Shown piece after piece: positions 27,421 to 41,320 of a DNA stretch of 64,000 nt (the first letter of the stretch is position 1; each line of letters opens with the position of its first letter). This DNA comes from Tubiluchus corallicola (Eukaryota; Animalia; Priapulida). The DNA lies in contig JAQGDQ010001072.1 in NCBI GenBank assembly GCA_030141605.1, forward strand, positions 1 to 64,000, given 5' to 3'. Both the position numbers and the translations under genes were made by a program. The notes below the pieces were generated by a model that saw nothing but the letters and a program-made list of their open reading frames with translations, did not search any database and was not told where the DNA came from.

Positions 27421-29548
27421 ATATTGATAATTTTTGTAGGTATCTACTCCACACACAAACGGATTTTCATGCAAAATCATGTACGAAACGCATTTGCTTA
27501 CCATAGACAAATTAGAAATAGATTTTTGGCCAAAAAATTGAAAAAAGCTTTCTGCAACTGCACTGTTTGCGCTGTAACAATTATGTGTACACTATCAATT
27601 GTGTGAAATCGGCTAATGCAGAAAATTTCAACTATCCAGACACAACGCTCTGACACACTTTGGCATCAAGTCTACTCAATTTTTAAGAAGAAATTCAAGT
27701 TAAAAGAAGAAACGACCATAATTTTTCCTTTCCTGATAAATGGGGAGTCGCTAAACGAGGACTTATACTGTACATACTTGTGTAAAAAACATCACAAGTG
27801 AAGCAATGAAACTCTGCGTGAGTTTATACTTACGACAGACATTCATCTTTTCACACAGTCTAGTCTGCTTACATACTTGTTTGCGTGTCTGTATTTGGCA
27901 TGATTATGTAAAAATGTAGTTCTAAGCTGCGTTCCAGTACTGGCCTAAACAACAGAAAAGTGTTAAAAATGAATAGATGAACCAAAATGCTGTGATACAA
28001 CTGACACAGGTGACCGGTATCAAAGCATTACTTGTCTTAGTCTTGACTCTTATAGAGCTTAGAAGATAAAAAATCTAGTTTATAGATTTGATCTTACTAA
28101 ATACATACGAATCACACTAAAATATGTTTGAATTCCTGTAAATGAGTAGAATGCACTGAAGCTCGTGCCTTTTTGGAATACGAGTTGTTCCGAAAAATAA
28201 AGTTATTCAACAAAATTATTTCACGCTTTATCTGTTTGCAGAACAACACTTACAACAAAATACGCAAAACCTTTGACAACTTTTTCGGATGCAGTTCGCT
28301 TAGCGCCATCTGTTATCGATATGGCAGAAAAGTATGATCCCAACACAGAGTTATTTAATTGTTGTCGCTGGAGAGTCGAGAACAAGTTGTGGTCTACTAC
28401 ACTTTCGCACCTCCTAGTTTTTTCTGGCCTATTGTTTGTTTTCACGCCTGCAGGCCAGAAAGCAGACCAACAGGCGTAATATACACCATATTATTATTAT
28501 TATATGATTATTAGGGTTGCAGTAACGGGAGTTTGTATCGTATCGAGGGTGGGCCTGGAACGGAACCTTAAGTAAGCTAACACTGTATATAATAATTAAT
28601 TACAAGCGTACATATCTGTTTTTCGTGTATATTAAGTTGTTAGCTGGTCAACTTGTAACAAAAAATAAATTGCTTTCGATATTAAAAATATGTATGTTTA
28701 TTTTTATTGTATTTTCCGGCTATCTTTTATTAAACTTACTAAGCGACATCATCACTATCTATCAAATCGTCACTATCATCACTGCCATCGGTCGTAATTT
28801 TCTTGTTCTCTTTCTTCTTCTTTTTCTCCTTGTTCCGATTCTTGCAGTTGTTGTTGTTGTTACGTTTCTCTGTCTGTCTGTTGCTGCTGTTCTTTTTATT
28901 TTTCTTGTTCTTGTTTCGTTGTTCTTGTCTTTTTTGTCCTTAATTGTTGTCTCTGTCTGTTTGTCATTGTTCTTCTTTCTTCTCTTTTTTTTGTTCTTAT
29001 TTTTATTTAGCGATTTAGCGATAATATTTTGCTGTAGTACAAACCCCTAAAACTAATGAGTAAGCCTTTGTTTTAAGTATACAGTAAATAAAACAGTAGG
29101 CGGGGGTGGCGGCTGTGAGCATACAGAGGGAGTATTTATTTGGCAGCAATGCAAATAATTATACTTAATTTACAACAATGCTAAAATAAAAAAATTATGC
29201 TAAATATAATACTTTTTGTGGGCAGAAACAGTAACAAAAAACTTTTTATTTGTTTTCCATTACCTCCCCTGTCCTCCTGGGCCCCTATAGTAACTTGAAT
29301 TTTTTTGCACACTTTTGTGACAACAGAATTAAATTTTAATGTTTAAAAACGCAATTGCTAGTGTCACAGTGACCTTTGGTGTGATGAAAACAGCTATAAT
29401 TGCAGTGTATTGACAGTATTAATTTTTTTGTGCATTTCAAGTTATTATTCATATTTTGACGTTTGACATGTTAATAAACAATTTTTAACCTATTTAATTT
29501 TATGTGTTGAAAAATTGTGAGCAATTATTGTTTCTTATAATTAAAAAT

Positions 29549-29890
29549 ATGGCAGTGGCAGCAAATCGACGCCCTGATAGAAACGAGTTTGTGAATCTGA
29601 CACTGATGAAAATGGGCTCAAGATTTCTGGGAAATATTGTGGACACTATAAATTGGTGCAGGCAATATGGTTTGCTGGCAGTAGAAATGATCTGCCCAGA
29701 ATGTAAAGAACCGTGTCAAGAAGGTGTATATTCAAGGGCTGTCGATGGGAGAGCCTGGCGCTGCCAGCAATGTCGTAAAGTAGTAAACATCAGAAAGGGC
29801 AGGTTTTTTTTTTAGAAGTCCCACTTAGCCTTATGGCAAATTTTAGGCTTGACTTATCTGTGGTGCACCGCAATATGGAAACTCTTTTGA
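29549..29890 (+). pseudogene. Merlin (ISXO2/IS1016-like) transposase N-terminal fragment
   Basis: INWCRQYGLL..CPEC...DGRAWRCQQCRKVVNIRKGRFFF*KSHLALWQILGLTYLW is the Merlin zinc-finger region. There is an in-frame TAG at 29813 and no DDE domain. Confidence 0.75.
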
Positions 29891-30189
29891 AAGCTGCGCG
29901 TATTTCTTAAAATAGATACAAGATGTACGCTGACTCCCAGACTGTGCTAAGTTATAAGAGGCAAACTCAAAAGTGAAAAGCTCATAGTAAACTGTGTAAA
30001 CTTGTAGTAGTATCCTCTACTCCGTGGTAGCCTACTTAGTAGGCCATCCGTCCAGTCCATAAATCCATTTATCGGGGCGAGTAGCAACGTATGTCCTACT
30101 AGGCTAATTTTCTACTCAAAAACGCTAAGGCGCAACATATGCTTGCACGGGTTTATAAATGTGATACCGCCGTTACGCAGATCTAAATA

Positions 30190-33100
30190 TTTTATTTATT
30201 TTTATTTATTTATTAAATATATTCACAACGATCATTACAGCATTGCACATAAAAGCATTTAATAACATATTTATTATTATGTACACAAGATGCCAAGCCG
30301 CAAATGACCCGTGGGGTACTCAAGAAGTAATTACTTGTTTAGAGCACCCCAAATGAATGTGGACTGAGTGTAATAGAAAAGAGCAGTAAAGGAGTAGAAG
30401 GAAAGGTTAATAGAGAATAGAAAGAGGAGAAAGATGTGATGGTATCTGTATGAAGTAACGTGAACTGTAAAAATTGACATAGCCAGCAACGCAATGGATT
30501 CCGACAGGGACAGCAGTGTAATTTCACTTTTAAGATTTCTTTTGAAGTTATTTATAGATAAAGAATTTTTTATGTATTCGTTGATGTTATTCCAAAGTCT
30601 AGGGCCAGTGTTAGTGATGAAGTGCCTTGCTGCGTCAGTCCTGCAATACTTAATACAAAATTCGTTAAATATTGTTGAGTAATGTCTTACGTTAATAGAT
30701 AATGGGTTTAAAAAGAAAGCGGGGTGAAGTTTATGTTTGGTTTTGTAGATGTAAACAACGGTATTCAGGTTTATTAGATCATTTAGCACTAGGACAGAAT
30801 AATTCTTAAAAAGATTAAGACCTACATGTTCACACTTGTTCAAATTAGCTATCAATCTTATAAATTTACGTTGTAGAGAGCTTAGTTTAATTAAAGTTGA
30901 AGGGTAGGTGTGCCCCCAAAGTATATTACAGTAGGTCAAGTATGGCAGTACTAGACAATTATAAAGAGTGATTAGGTGTTCTTTAGTGAAACAATGTTTA
31001 ACTCGACTGATTAACCCGATGTTTTTAGCAATTTTAGAATGAATCATATTTAAGTGTGGTCTCCAATCTAGGTGTTCATTTAACATAACATCCAAGAACT
31101 TCATTTCGCTTACTTGTTCTACAGCATTACCATCAATTTTTATAACACTGTTCATATTTATAGGTTTGTTACGAGCTTTGAATAAAATGTATTTAGTTTT
31201 AGTTGAATTTAATGCTAATTTATTGATTTTAAACCAGGCTGTAATTTTACTGAGTTCACTATTAATCATGTTAGTGTCAAGTAACTTGCTGTTGATCTTG
31301 AAAAAAATACATGTATCATCAGCAAATTGGAAGACCTTTCCATTGTCAGTAATACAGTTTTGTAAGTCATTAATGTATATTAAAACAACAGAGGTCCCAA
31401 TATAGATCCCTGGGGTACTCCGTGTGTGACTATTGCTTCGTTGGAAAGAACATTGTTACAATTGACTGCTTGTGTTCGGTCCTTGAGGTAATTAGCAAAC
31501 CATGAGTATGCGACCCCTCTAATGCCATAGTGGAATAACTTATCTAACAGAATAGCATGATTAACTGTATCAAAGGCCTTAGAGATCGCAGAAAATGCCA
31601 ATGGCAACAGCGTTTTGTTCTAATGAATTAATTACGTTATTTATTATATTTATTAGGGCTAGCTGTGTAGAACTACCCTTTCTAAAGCCATACTGATGAT
31701 TATAAAGTACATTATGTATAGTCAAGTAGTCTAATAATCTTTTATGGACTATTTTTTCTAATTTTTTAGAGAAAAAAGCTAATATTGATATAGGTCTATA
31801 GTTATTAATATCTAAGGAGTCTTTAGCCTTAAACACAGGAATAATTACTGATTTTTTAAGTTGATAAGGTAATTTTCCTGTTGTTAATGAGCAATTGGTT
31901 ATATGCGTTAAAGGAACAGCTAAGTTATCAATTAAATCAATTATGACATTGGGGAGAAAGTTGTCAAAGCCTGCCCCTTTATTACGGTTGAAAGATTTAC
32001 ATGTAGATTTTAATTCATTTATTGTAACAGGACTGAAGAAAAGAGTAGACTGATAATTACCCTTAAGATGAACTTTAGGGTTGACACCAGTATTTGGAAT
32101 TTCTGCAGCTAATTTTTGACCAATCTGTGAGAAATGCTCGTTGAAAGCACAAGCGACAGATTTATTGTCAGTTATTAATTTGTTGTTAATTTTAAGAGCA
32201 TATGAACCAGATTTTCTATTTGACTGCAAAATTTCTTTCATAATAATCCACGTTTTCTTCAAGTTAGTTTTAACATGTTCTAGTTTGTTTTGATAATAAT
32301 TAGATTTAGAGAGTTTTATTATGTTGTTTAACCTATTACGATACTGTTTGTATTCACGAATAGTGAGATCATAATTAATATTATTCTTGAGAAGTTGATT
32401 ATACAACTTATTGTTACAACCAATGCTATTTAAAATGGCATGGTTATCCATGGCTTTTTAATGGCACCAGGATTTATATTATTGTTGTTAGTTGTAGTTA
32501 TATTGTTATTGTACATCATTTGGAATTTATCTAAAAATAAATTGTATGCTTCTTGTGGTTCAGATGTAGTATATACATCCTTCCAATCAGATTTATCCAA
32601 GTCAGAAGCAAATTTGCGTTTAATATGGTCATTATAGAGAGTTCTATTATATATAAAGCAATAAGACGTAGTTATGTTTAAATCGATTATCAAGAAAATT
32701 GGCAAGTGATCGGTAATGTCAAAAAGTAAATTACCAGATTTGAATTTATGTTCAATTACATTGGTAAAAATATTGTCTATCAATGTTGAACTATTAGGCG
32801 TTATACGTGTAGGTAAGGTAATTACAGGAAAAATACTATTAGAGATCATAGTGTTTAAAAAATCAGATGTAGCTTCATGGGTTGAGAAGGTTAACAAATT
32901 AATATTGAAGTCACCAAGAATGAAAATTTGTTTCTTATGACGGGTTACAGTAGACAATAAATTAGATAACTGCCCAGTGAAACGTTGGGGATCTTCACCA
33001 GGTGGTCTGTAAACAGAACCCACTATTATATTTGTAGCTTTGCTAACATGTATTTCAATGAAAATTGTTTCTAAGATCTCATTACTGACGCTGAGATCAT

Positions 33101-33810
33101 TTCTTACTGAATAATTGATATTATTACTGATGTATAAACCTACACCACCTCCTTTTTTATATTCTCGATTTTTACTAACAAAACTGTAACCTGGCAAGTT
33201 GGAAAAATCAAGAGATTTAGAATGAAGCCATGTCTCAGATAAGGCTATGACTGAGAAGTTAACTTTCAACAAATGTAGGAGTGCCGTGAAATAATCATAG
33301 TTCGCTGCCAAACTACGTATATTTAAATGAATCATGGAGAAGCTATTATTGTTACGTATATTTAAATACATTGATGAGAATGTTCAATGTCGAAATATTT
33401 ACTTTTTGGTAACTGGTTAGAATTATTAAAGAATTGTAAGTCAGGATCAATTTCATCTAAGCTATTAAAATTATCCCCAAATTGATGTTCGAAAATATCC
33501 AAATTATACTTATAATTATCCAAAAATCTTCCAGGATAGAGTAATTTATTGAAGGTCTGACAGCGAATTGAAATTCATTGTCGTCTATAATATTATTATA
33601 AGGGAATAAGTTTTGCATGCAGACATGGCAAAACCAGACATCCCCAGCAGCTGGTAGTTTATCTTTTAACAAAAAATAAATACATTTGATATGAATAGTT
33701 CCGCCGCAACAGTCGCAGTTCAATGCCCGCTGGCTACGTCGAATACATTTATCACATATTGGACAGAATCTGTTTACAGGTACCATCAAAACTGCAGGGA
33801 AAATCAAAAT
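30190..33810 (-). mobile_element. CR1-group (Crack/L2-like) LINE ORF2: PHD finger + APE endonuclease + reverse transcriptase, frameshifted
   Basis: PHD (CPIC..CDCC..H.KC..WFCHVC). APE motifs (HLNIRSL, LSETW, VYRPP, GDFN, LIDNIF, TDH). RT motifs (NYRPIS, QYGFR, KAFDTV, GVPQGSILGP, FADDT). At least 4 frame breaks and a (TAAA)n tail at ~30190-30215. Confidence 0.93.
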
Positions 33811-35184
33811 TAAAGAGATTAGAGAATAGAAAAAGTAAAAAAAGTAGAATAAAATATTGTTAAAGGAGTGTAAGTATAAAATGTGTAAAAAAATATACTA
33901 GCAAGTAAAGCCAGCCAGCCACGTTTGCAGCGAGTCAAGATGAGTACATAATTACGACAAACGTTTAAACAACTGAATATGAGCGAAATTATGTAATATA
34001 TTAAATTACCGACCAGGCTAAAAACTAAAATCAAGTTATCATATTTTTAGAACTTGTATGTGCCATATTAATCATATATTGGGCCATAATCACATGACAA
34101 TAATAATAGCAGGAGCACTTTTTATTATTTATTTTACGAATTAAGACGGTAAGTATTAAAGCACTATTATAGTGTAATCATCAATTTTATAAACTATTGG
34201 TATATTCAGATTATCAATTATAGTTGCCATGTAGCAACATGTCAATGAAACCAAATTACTGAGTCAGGAGAGTAATACATACTGCTACTAAACTGTGTGA
34301 ATCAAGGCCGAAAAGCAAGTGGCTACAAGTAATGACCTTGGAGAGGCCTGTGTGAATTTAAACAACTTGAACTAATGAATAACAATATCAAAGTAAATAA
34401 TATTCCTGATCAACTTCATTGCTGTTGATAACTAAGGTTTTAATTGGATGATCACATCAACTTTAAAAGGGGGGATGGGGCGGGGGTTGAGACAGTAGTT
34501 TTATCAACATATCGGACAGAATTCATGATAAATTTGTGGCGGGGCAAGGCGTCTGATTAGACAACTTAATATAGACATCTAAATTACATGGTCAATTGTT
34601 GTTAATGCTTAACAAACTTTGAGTTGGGAATGTCATGAGCAGTAGCACTTTCAAACAGAATATAAGATTAACACATACAGAATTACATTCTTTACTCATA
34701 TAAGTATGAAACAGACTGCATGACCGCGTTAAGCAACTTTGCAGGGCTTTAAGTACAGATGAATATTAAAGTCCAAGGGCAGGTTGTCGAATCTTAAAGA
34801 ATTCTACCGGTTTCTTAATGGGTAGAAAGTCGTTTTGCACGTAGGCATGCCGGTTTTCGTCATGGATGGATTATCTGGCAATTTAAGCATGGTTTCTGTT
34901 GGGAGGGAATTCACTTACAGTTAAATCGCATATACAGTAAATACACGTAATTAAACTAGTTTTAATATAAAGAAAATAATAAAATATGACATTGTTCTAG
35001 CTTCTTTCAAACAATGTCTAGAAATTTGATGTAGGGCGTAGTATATCCTCTAAGATAGGAATTTATATTCGGAATAATTCCTCGTGTGCATTGCTAGCGT
35101 GTAATTGTTGACAACAATCGTAGAGGTAAACACTTTCTGATAATTAAATTATAAATTAAAAACCTAATTAACGGCGGACGAGCA

Positions 35185-35654
35185 CAACTATTGATGGCGT
35201 CACAAACTGACATAATTTTCAACAGCAAAAATATTCTACGAGCGTGTTGCACGTGTTTGCGAAAGCGAAAATTGAAGTACAGTGCTACTGTATGATATTC
35301 AGTGAACTAAAACTAGGCAAGTTTTAAGATAAAATTTCAAATTTACCACTGTGCTCACCCACGAACTGTCCAACGTACGTAGTTCATCAGAAACTAACAC
35401 ATCTGAGCTGAGAGGTACAGTACCTGTTTTTGTATAATACGTATCCGAAATGCAGGCGCTAGTGCCCGTCTAGCTAGCAAATGGCGAAATACATGTAACA
35501 GCGAAAAACTAGTACGCGAATGCAAAATTGTATTTGTGTGGTAATAATTCTTTCACGTAAGTCATTTTTTGGAAAAAAAATAGTGTGTTCCCTTTCAATA
35601 TTTTAAAGGGTAGATTGTTTTGACCTACAGTTTAAGATTGGGTCCCATTTTGCT
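35185..35654 (+). mobile_element. Kolobok-like element, family K2, right part
   Basis: Similar to 16520-16945; ends GTCCCATTTTGCT followed by TTAA. Confidence 0.6.
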
Positions 35655-36562
35655 TTAAACTGGATCTAAATCAACGTCACACATGCAATCTTGCATTTGC
35701 TGCAGTGTGGTTAAGTATTAAGGAGCTTTAGTTGACTGGCGTACATAAAGAAACTAGGCATGAGGATCTGAGCTGCTGCTGTGCAAGGTTTGGGCATCTT
35801 CGCAGTACTTCATACAAAGTTGCACAGTATCGGACCTATAGAAGAAAATTTATCGGATCCGGTGCCGGACTGTTAGACACGTTGTTTAATTTATCTCTTC
35901 ATGCAGTGGATTTTCATGCAAATTTTTTTATGAAATGCATTTGCTTAAATTAGACAAATTAAATATCTACTTTTAACGAAGAAACTGAAAAAGCTTGAAG
36001 TAACTGCAGTGTTTGCACCCTAATTATGTACAGTATTACTTGTGTGAAATCAATGCGGAAAGTTTCGACTATCCATGCCCAACACTCTGATACGCTTTGG
36101 CCTGAAGTCTCCTCCATTTTTAATTTCACGGTAAAAGGTGAGACTACCTTTGTTTATCCCTTTGCTTAGCGTTTGAATTTTCCTGGAATTCTGTACATCA
36201 GACAGTTCTCTTGGGTTGTAGCAAGCAGGCGATCAACAAAAGAGTGTGTGGTCTAAGCTACTCAATAGGCTAAGTTGGAGTGTCTGAAAATGGCCTATTT
36301 TGCTATAAATGCATAAACAAATAGCATGACTGGATGGCCGAGACTCTCCTGAGTAGAACAGTACCTAATTTGTAATCATTTAGTTATGTCTGTGCTCGCT
36401 GCTCATACAGTAGCAGTAAAGTCATGGGTCTTATAAGACCTATTTTGAATAGTGTGGTTCTGAAGGAGTTAAAGTAAATGATGTACATTTTCTACAACAG
36501 ATAAGAATCACATAGAGTACAAAACGGAGTACCGGAGCGCAGGAAATTCTCAAGAAATCGGA

Positions 36563-36728
36563 ATGACGCACCGCTGTACTTATTGGCAGCAATTTAAGTT
36601 ACTTCTTTGGAAGAATTATTTACTGCGCAAAAGGAAAATTCTAGTGACGTTTTTCGAAGTTGCAATCCCAACCAATCTTGCTCTGTTTCTGATATTTATG
36701 AGAATTCTTGTTCCTCAGAAGCACGTGG
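36563..36728 (+). CDS. ABCA3: ABCA3-like transporter, coding exon 1
   Basis: MTHRCTYWQQFKLLLWKNYLLRKRKILVTFFEVAIP carries the ABCA xLxxKN motif and TM1. GTATGT donor, phase 1. Confidence 0.9.
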
Positions 36729-36989
36729 GTATGTAAAAATTATATACCTATTATATGTCTATTAGCACAGACAATAGAATTATATGTCTATTATTGGTTA
36801 ACCAAATTAAGTGCCTGTCAAAAGAAGCGCTAAATTTTATGAGTTACATGATTTTATTAAACCTCCTGGCTTGTGTGATGTCATAAAATTCCGGCAATTT
36901 CTTCCCTGAGTTGCCAGAAAAAAATTCTAAAAAATTTAAAAAAAATTCACCTCTAAAAGCAAAACAGGTAGTCATGGTAAATTTATAAA

Positions 36990-37532
36990 AAAACGGACGA
37001 TTGTTTAGACTCAATCTCATTTTAATTTACTCTCCAAAATATACATTTTCTTGCCTATAAAAGTTAGCAATTGTTTCTTATATTTGAATAATTAGCTTAG
37101 AAAGTTAATTAATGGCAACCAAACACAGCAATTGCTTACGTCAGAAACTAACCACAGATGGTGCAATGGTAGGCATCTTCCCTTGCACATCAAGCACCTT
37201 TACACAAGTGTTACAGTACTGTTTAAATGCATGGTGTCACGAAAAATGGGCTTTACATCATATGCTACCAGAAATTAACACTGCAGTTCATGATCATGCT
37301 TATCACGGTACGCATTCTATCTGTCGGCCACGCGAATGTGACAAAAAGGCGCTGTTGCCAATCTTAGTAAATTCACTAAGCCGCACACAGCTTTGAAAGT
37401 TTAACGAAATTTGAGTATCCGAGGTAATTATTATTTAATCTAAGCTTTGATTTAAAAAAAACTATTGTAATTTTCAATATTTTAGAGCATACTTTATTCT
37501 GAACTAATGTTTACACAATCATCCGGTTTTCC
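36990..37532 (+). mobile_element. Kolobok-like MITE, family K1 (second copy)
   Basis: Similar along its length to 24608-25155; right end CATCCGGTTTTCCT|TTAA. Confidence 0.75.
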
Positions 37533-38429
37533 TTTAACGTTTCGACACCTTTATTCTCAGAAAATTTTAGAAAGTGACGTCAACAACACAGTGTCGACTA
37601 ATTAAGTCAGTAAAAACATAAAGAAAAACTTTCATCGTAATCATAAAAACTGCAGGGTAGTGATGGGCGATTAATAGATTAATGGAACTTAATAATTTGC
37701 CATTATAATTTAATTAATAGTTTGCCATTTTATCACCATTTTTAGTCTATTGTTATTGGCTTAAATCAAAATAACTATTAACAGATCAAATGACTGTCAG
37801 TTTTAAAATTTTATTAATTTTAAAGGCAGAAAATATTCTCGTATCCCACGGGATACAACAGGTATGAAAGGGTTAATAGTTCAGAAAATATTTATCTTAT
37901 ATCTACAGAATAGCCAGTGATTAAAGTTTTGACACAAATATGAGATGTTACTGCACTGTAGGCTTGCAATGCTCTTTATCACGACAATTAGCTACCAAAG
38001 AGAATTCATCTTTGCAACACTACATGACTTGCCAAAAAGACATGTTATGTAGTCATAGAGTAGTTAACGAATAAGTAGGTATGTGCCTATAATAATAGCT
38101 TCCAAGTACGAAAGTGGCAGGCAGTGATGAAGCTGCGAAGAAGTTATAGGTCATATGACACTGCTATCATAGAAAAATATGGCCAAAACGATAAAAATCA
38201 TCTTAAAAGATTAATCGCGATATCAAATTACAAGAACAAGATTCTATCGAATTAGAAAATTTCAAAACCTACTTTTACTTTTCATTTCCATTATTTCAAT
38301 TCTTTGTCTCTCCTAATACCCATTCTGTTACTTTTTTGTAAGTAAAGTACCTGTACTTAGCCGCATTAAGATAATGGCATATCCCACACATTTCATTTGC
38401 AATTGATAAATTAAAGAACGACAATAGTA

Positions 38430-38700
38430 ATAATTTAACATGTGCTGCCACCTACGTTTAAAATTATTTATTATTGAACCGATTCAAGTTTAATCTAGGT
38501 TGTGACCTTGGTCAGTGCTGCTCATTCACCTGTACCTGCTAGGCTTCCCATATATGGTAATGTTGATTGCTAGTGTGTTTTACTAGCCAATTAGGTAAGC
38601 TAAGTTGGTGCATGTGACTTGGGTAGCTCTGCCAATGCCGCAGCCTGGGCTTTTTTCCTTCTTGCTGTTGAATGTTCACCATGTGTCTTCTTTCTGGTAA
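38430..38700 (-). repeat. dispersed repeat, inverted copy of ~54600-54840
   Basis: Shares ACATGTGCTGCCACCTAC, GGCTTCCCATATATGGT and CATGTGACTTGGGTAGCTCTGCCAA in opposite orientation. Confidence 0.75.
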
Positions 38701-38732
38701 ATAATAGTGTAATAAGTAAATAGAAATGAAAT

Positions 38733-41050
38733 CTTTCACAGTTCAACACAATTTCATATTCTTTGTTTCAACCATCAGAGTGAACCTGTCTACAACAGTC
38801 TACACTAACTTCAGTCTTTCACAGTTCAACACAATTTCATATTCTTTGTTTCAACCATCAGAGTGAACCAGTGTACAACAGTCTAAACTAACTTCAGTCT
38901 TTCACAGTTCAACACAATTTCATATTCTTTGTTTCAACCACCAGAGTGAACCAGTGTACAACAGTCTAAACTAACTTCAGTCTTTCACAGTTCAACACAA
39001 TTTCATATTCTTTGTTTCAACCACCAGAGTGGACCAGTGTACAACAGTCTACACTAACTTCATTCTTTCACAGTTCAACACAATTTCATATTCTTTGTTT
39101 CAACCACCAGAGTGAACCAGTGTACAACAGTCTACACTAACTTCAGTCTTTCACAGTCCAACACAATTTCATATATATTCTTTGTTTCAACCACCGGAGT
39201 GAACCAGTCTACAACAGTCTACACTAACTTCAGTCTTTCACAGTTCAACACAATTTCATATTCTTTGTTTCAACCACCAGAGTGAACCAGTGTACAACAG
39301 TCTACACTAACTTCAGTCTTTCACAGTCCAACACAATTTCATATTCTTTGTTTCAACCACCAGAGTTAACCAGTCTACAACAATCTACACTAACTTCAGT
39401 CTTTCACAGTTCAACACAATTTCATATTCTTTGTTTCAACCACCAGAGTGAACCAGTCTACAACAGTCTACACTAACTTCAGTCTTTCACAGTTCAACAC
39501 AATTTCATATTCTTTGTTTCAACCACCAGAGTGAACCAGTCTACAACAGTCTACACTAACTTCAGTCTTTCACAGTTCAACACAATTTCATATTCTTTGT
39601 TTCAACCACCAGAGTGAACCAGTCTACAACAGTTTACACTAACTTCAGTCTTTCACAGTTCAACACAATTTCATATTCTTTGTTTCAACCACCAGAGCGA
39701 ACCTGTCTACAACAGTTTACACTAACTTCAGTCTTTCACATTTCAACACAATTTCATATTCTTTGTTTCAACCACCAGAGCGAACCAGTCTACAACAGTT
39801 TACACTAACTTCAGTCTTTCACAGTTCAACACAATTTCATATTCTTTGTTTCAACCACCAGAGTGAACCTGTCTACAACAGCCTACATTAACTTCAGTCT
39901 TTCACAGTTCAACACAATTTCATATTCTTTGTTTCAACCACCAGAGTGAACCAGTCTACAACAGTCTACACTAACTTCAGTCTTTCACAGTTCAACACAA
40001 TTTCATATTCTTTGTTTCAACCACCAGAGTGAACCAGTCTACAACAGTCTATACTAACTTCAGTCTCTCACAGTTCAACACAATTTCATATTCTTTGTTT
40101 CAACCACCAGAGTGAACCAGTCTACAACAGTCTACACTAACTTCAGTCTCTCACAGTTCAACACAATTTCATATTCTTTGTTTCAACCACCAGAGTGAAC
40201 CAGTCTACAACAGTCTACACTAACTTCAGTCTTTCACAGTTCAACACAATTTCATATTCTTTGTTTCAACCACCAGAGTGAACCAGTCTACAACAGTCTA
40301 CACTAACTTCAGTCTTTCACAGTTCAACACAATTTCATATTCTTTGTTTCAACCACCAGAGTGAACCAGTCTACAACAGTCTACACTAACTTCAGTCTTT
40401 CACAGTTCAACACAATTTCATATTCTTTGTTTCAACCACCAGAGTGAACCAGTCTACAACAGTCTACACTAACTTCAGTCTTTCACAGTCCAACACAATT
40501 TCATATTCTTTGTTTCAACCACCAGAGTGAACCAGTCTACAACAGTCTACACTAACTTCAGTCTTTCACATTTCAACACAATTTCATATTCTTTGTTTCA
40601 ACCACCAGAGTGAACCAGTCTACAACAGTCTACACTAACTTCAGTCTTTCACATTTCAACACAATTTCATATTCGTTGTTTCAACCACCAGAGTGAACCA
40701 GTCTACAACAGTCTAAACTAACTTCAGTCTTTCACAGTTCAACACAATTTCATATTCTTTGTTTCAACCACCAGAGTGAACCAGTCTACAACAGTCTACA
40801 CTAACTTCAGTCTTTCACAGTTCAACACAATTTCATATTCTTTGTTTCAACCACCAGAGTGAACCAGTCTACAACAGTCTACACTAACTTCAGTCGTTCA
40901 CAATTCAACACAATTTCATATTCTTTGCTTCAACCACCAGAGTACCAGTCTACAACAGTCTACACTAACTTCAGTCTTTCACAGTTCAACACAATTTCAT
41001 ATTCTTTGTTTCAACCACCAGAGTGAACCAGTGTACAACAGTCTACATTA
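38733..41050. repeat. 83-bp intronic satellite, ~28 copies
   Basis: Highly homogeneous unit CTTTCACAGTTCAACACAATTTCATATTCTTTGTTTCAACCACCAGAGTGAACCAGTCTACAACAGTCTACACTAACTTCAGT. Confidence 0.97.
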
Positions 41051-41176
41051 ATACTTCAAGCTCTTTACAAATTTAATCTTTCTATGCTGTCAGCTTTAGA
41101 GTTTTCTACAGTTTATTTCTAAACATCGTAATTGTGGGTTTTTTTATTGATACATGTCATTTGTTTTTTTCTGTAG

Positions 41177-41320
41177 GAACGCCTATACATTATGATGCTT
41201 TCTCTATAGACAGATTTGAAAATACCACTGGAAGGTTTTGGGCAGTAGTCTTCTCTCCTAAACATCCAGTCGTGCATCACGTAATGCGTTTAGTAGGACG
41301 TAATCCTGATGTCTTTGCCA
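41177..41320 (+). CDS. ABCA3: ABCA3-like exon 2 (ECD1)
   Basis: AG/GT bounded, phase 1-1; TPIHYDAFSIDRF...WAVVFSP. Confidence 0.8.

Noticed and set aside
28625-29050. 141-aa hydrophobic + strand ORF as a membrane protein
   Set aside because: It is the T-rich antisense of a K/N/D-rich minus-strand remnant and has a non-ATG start.
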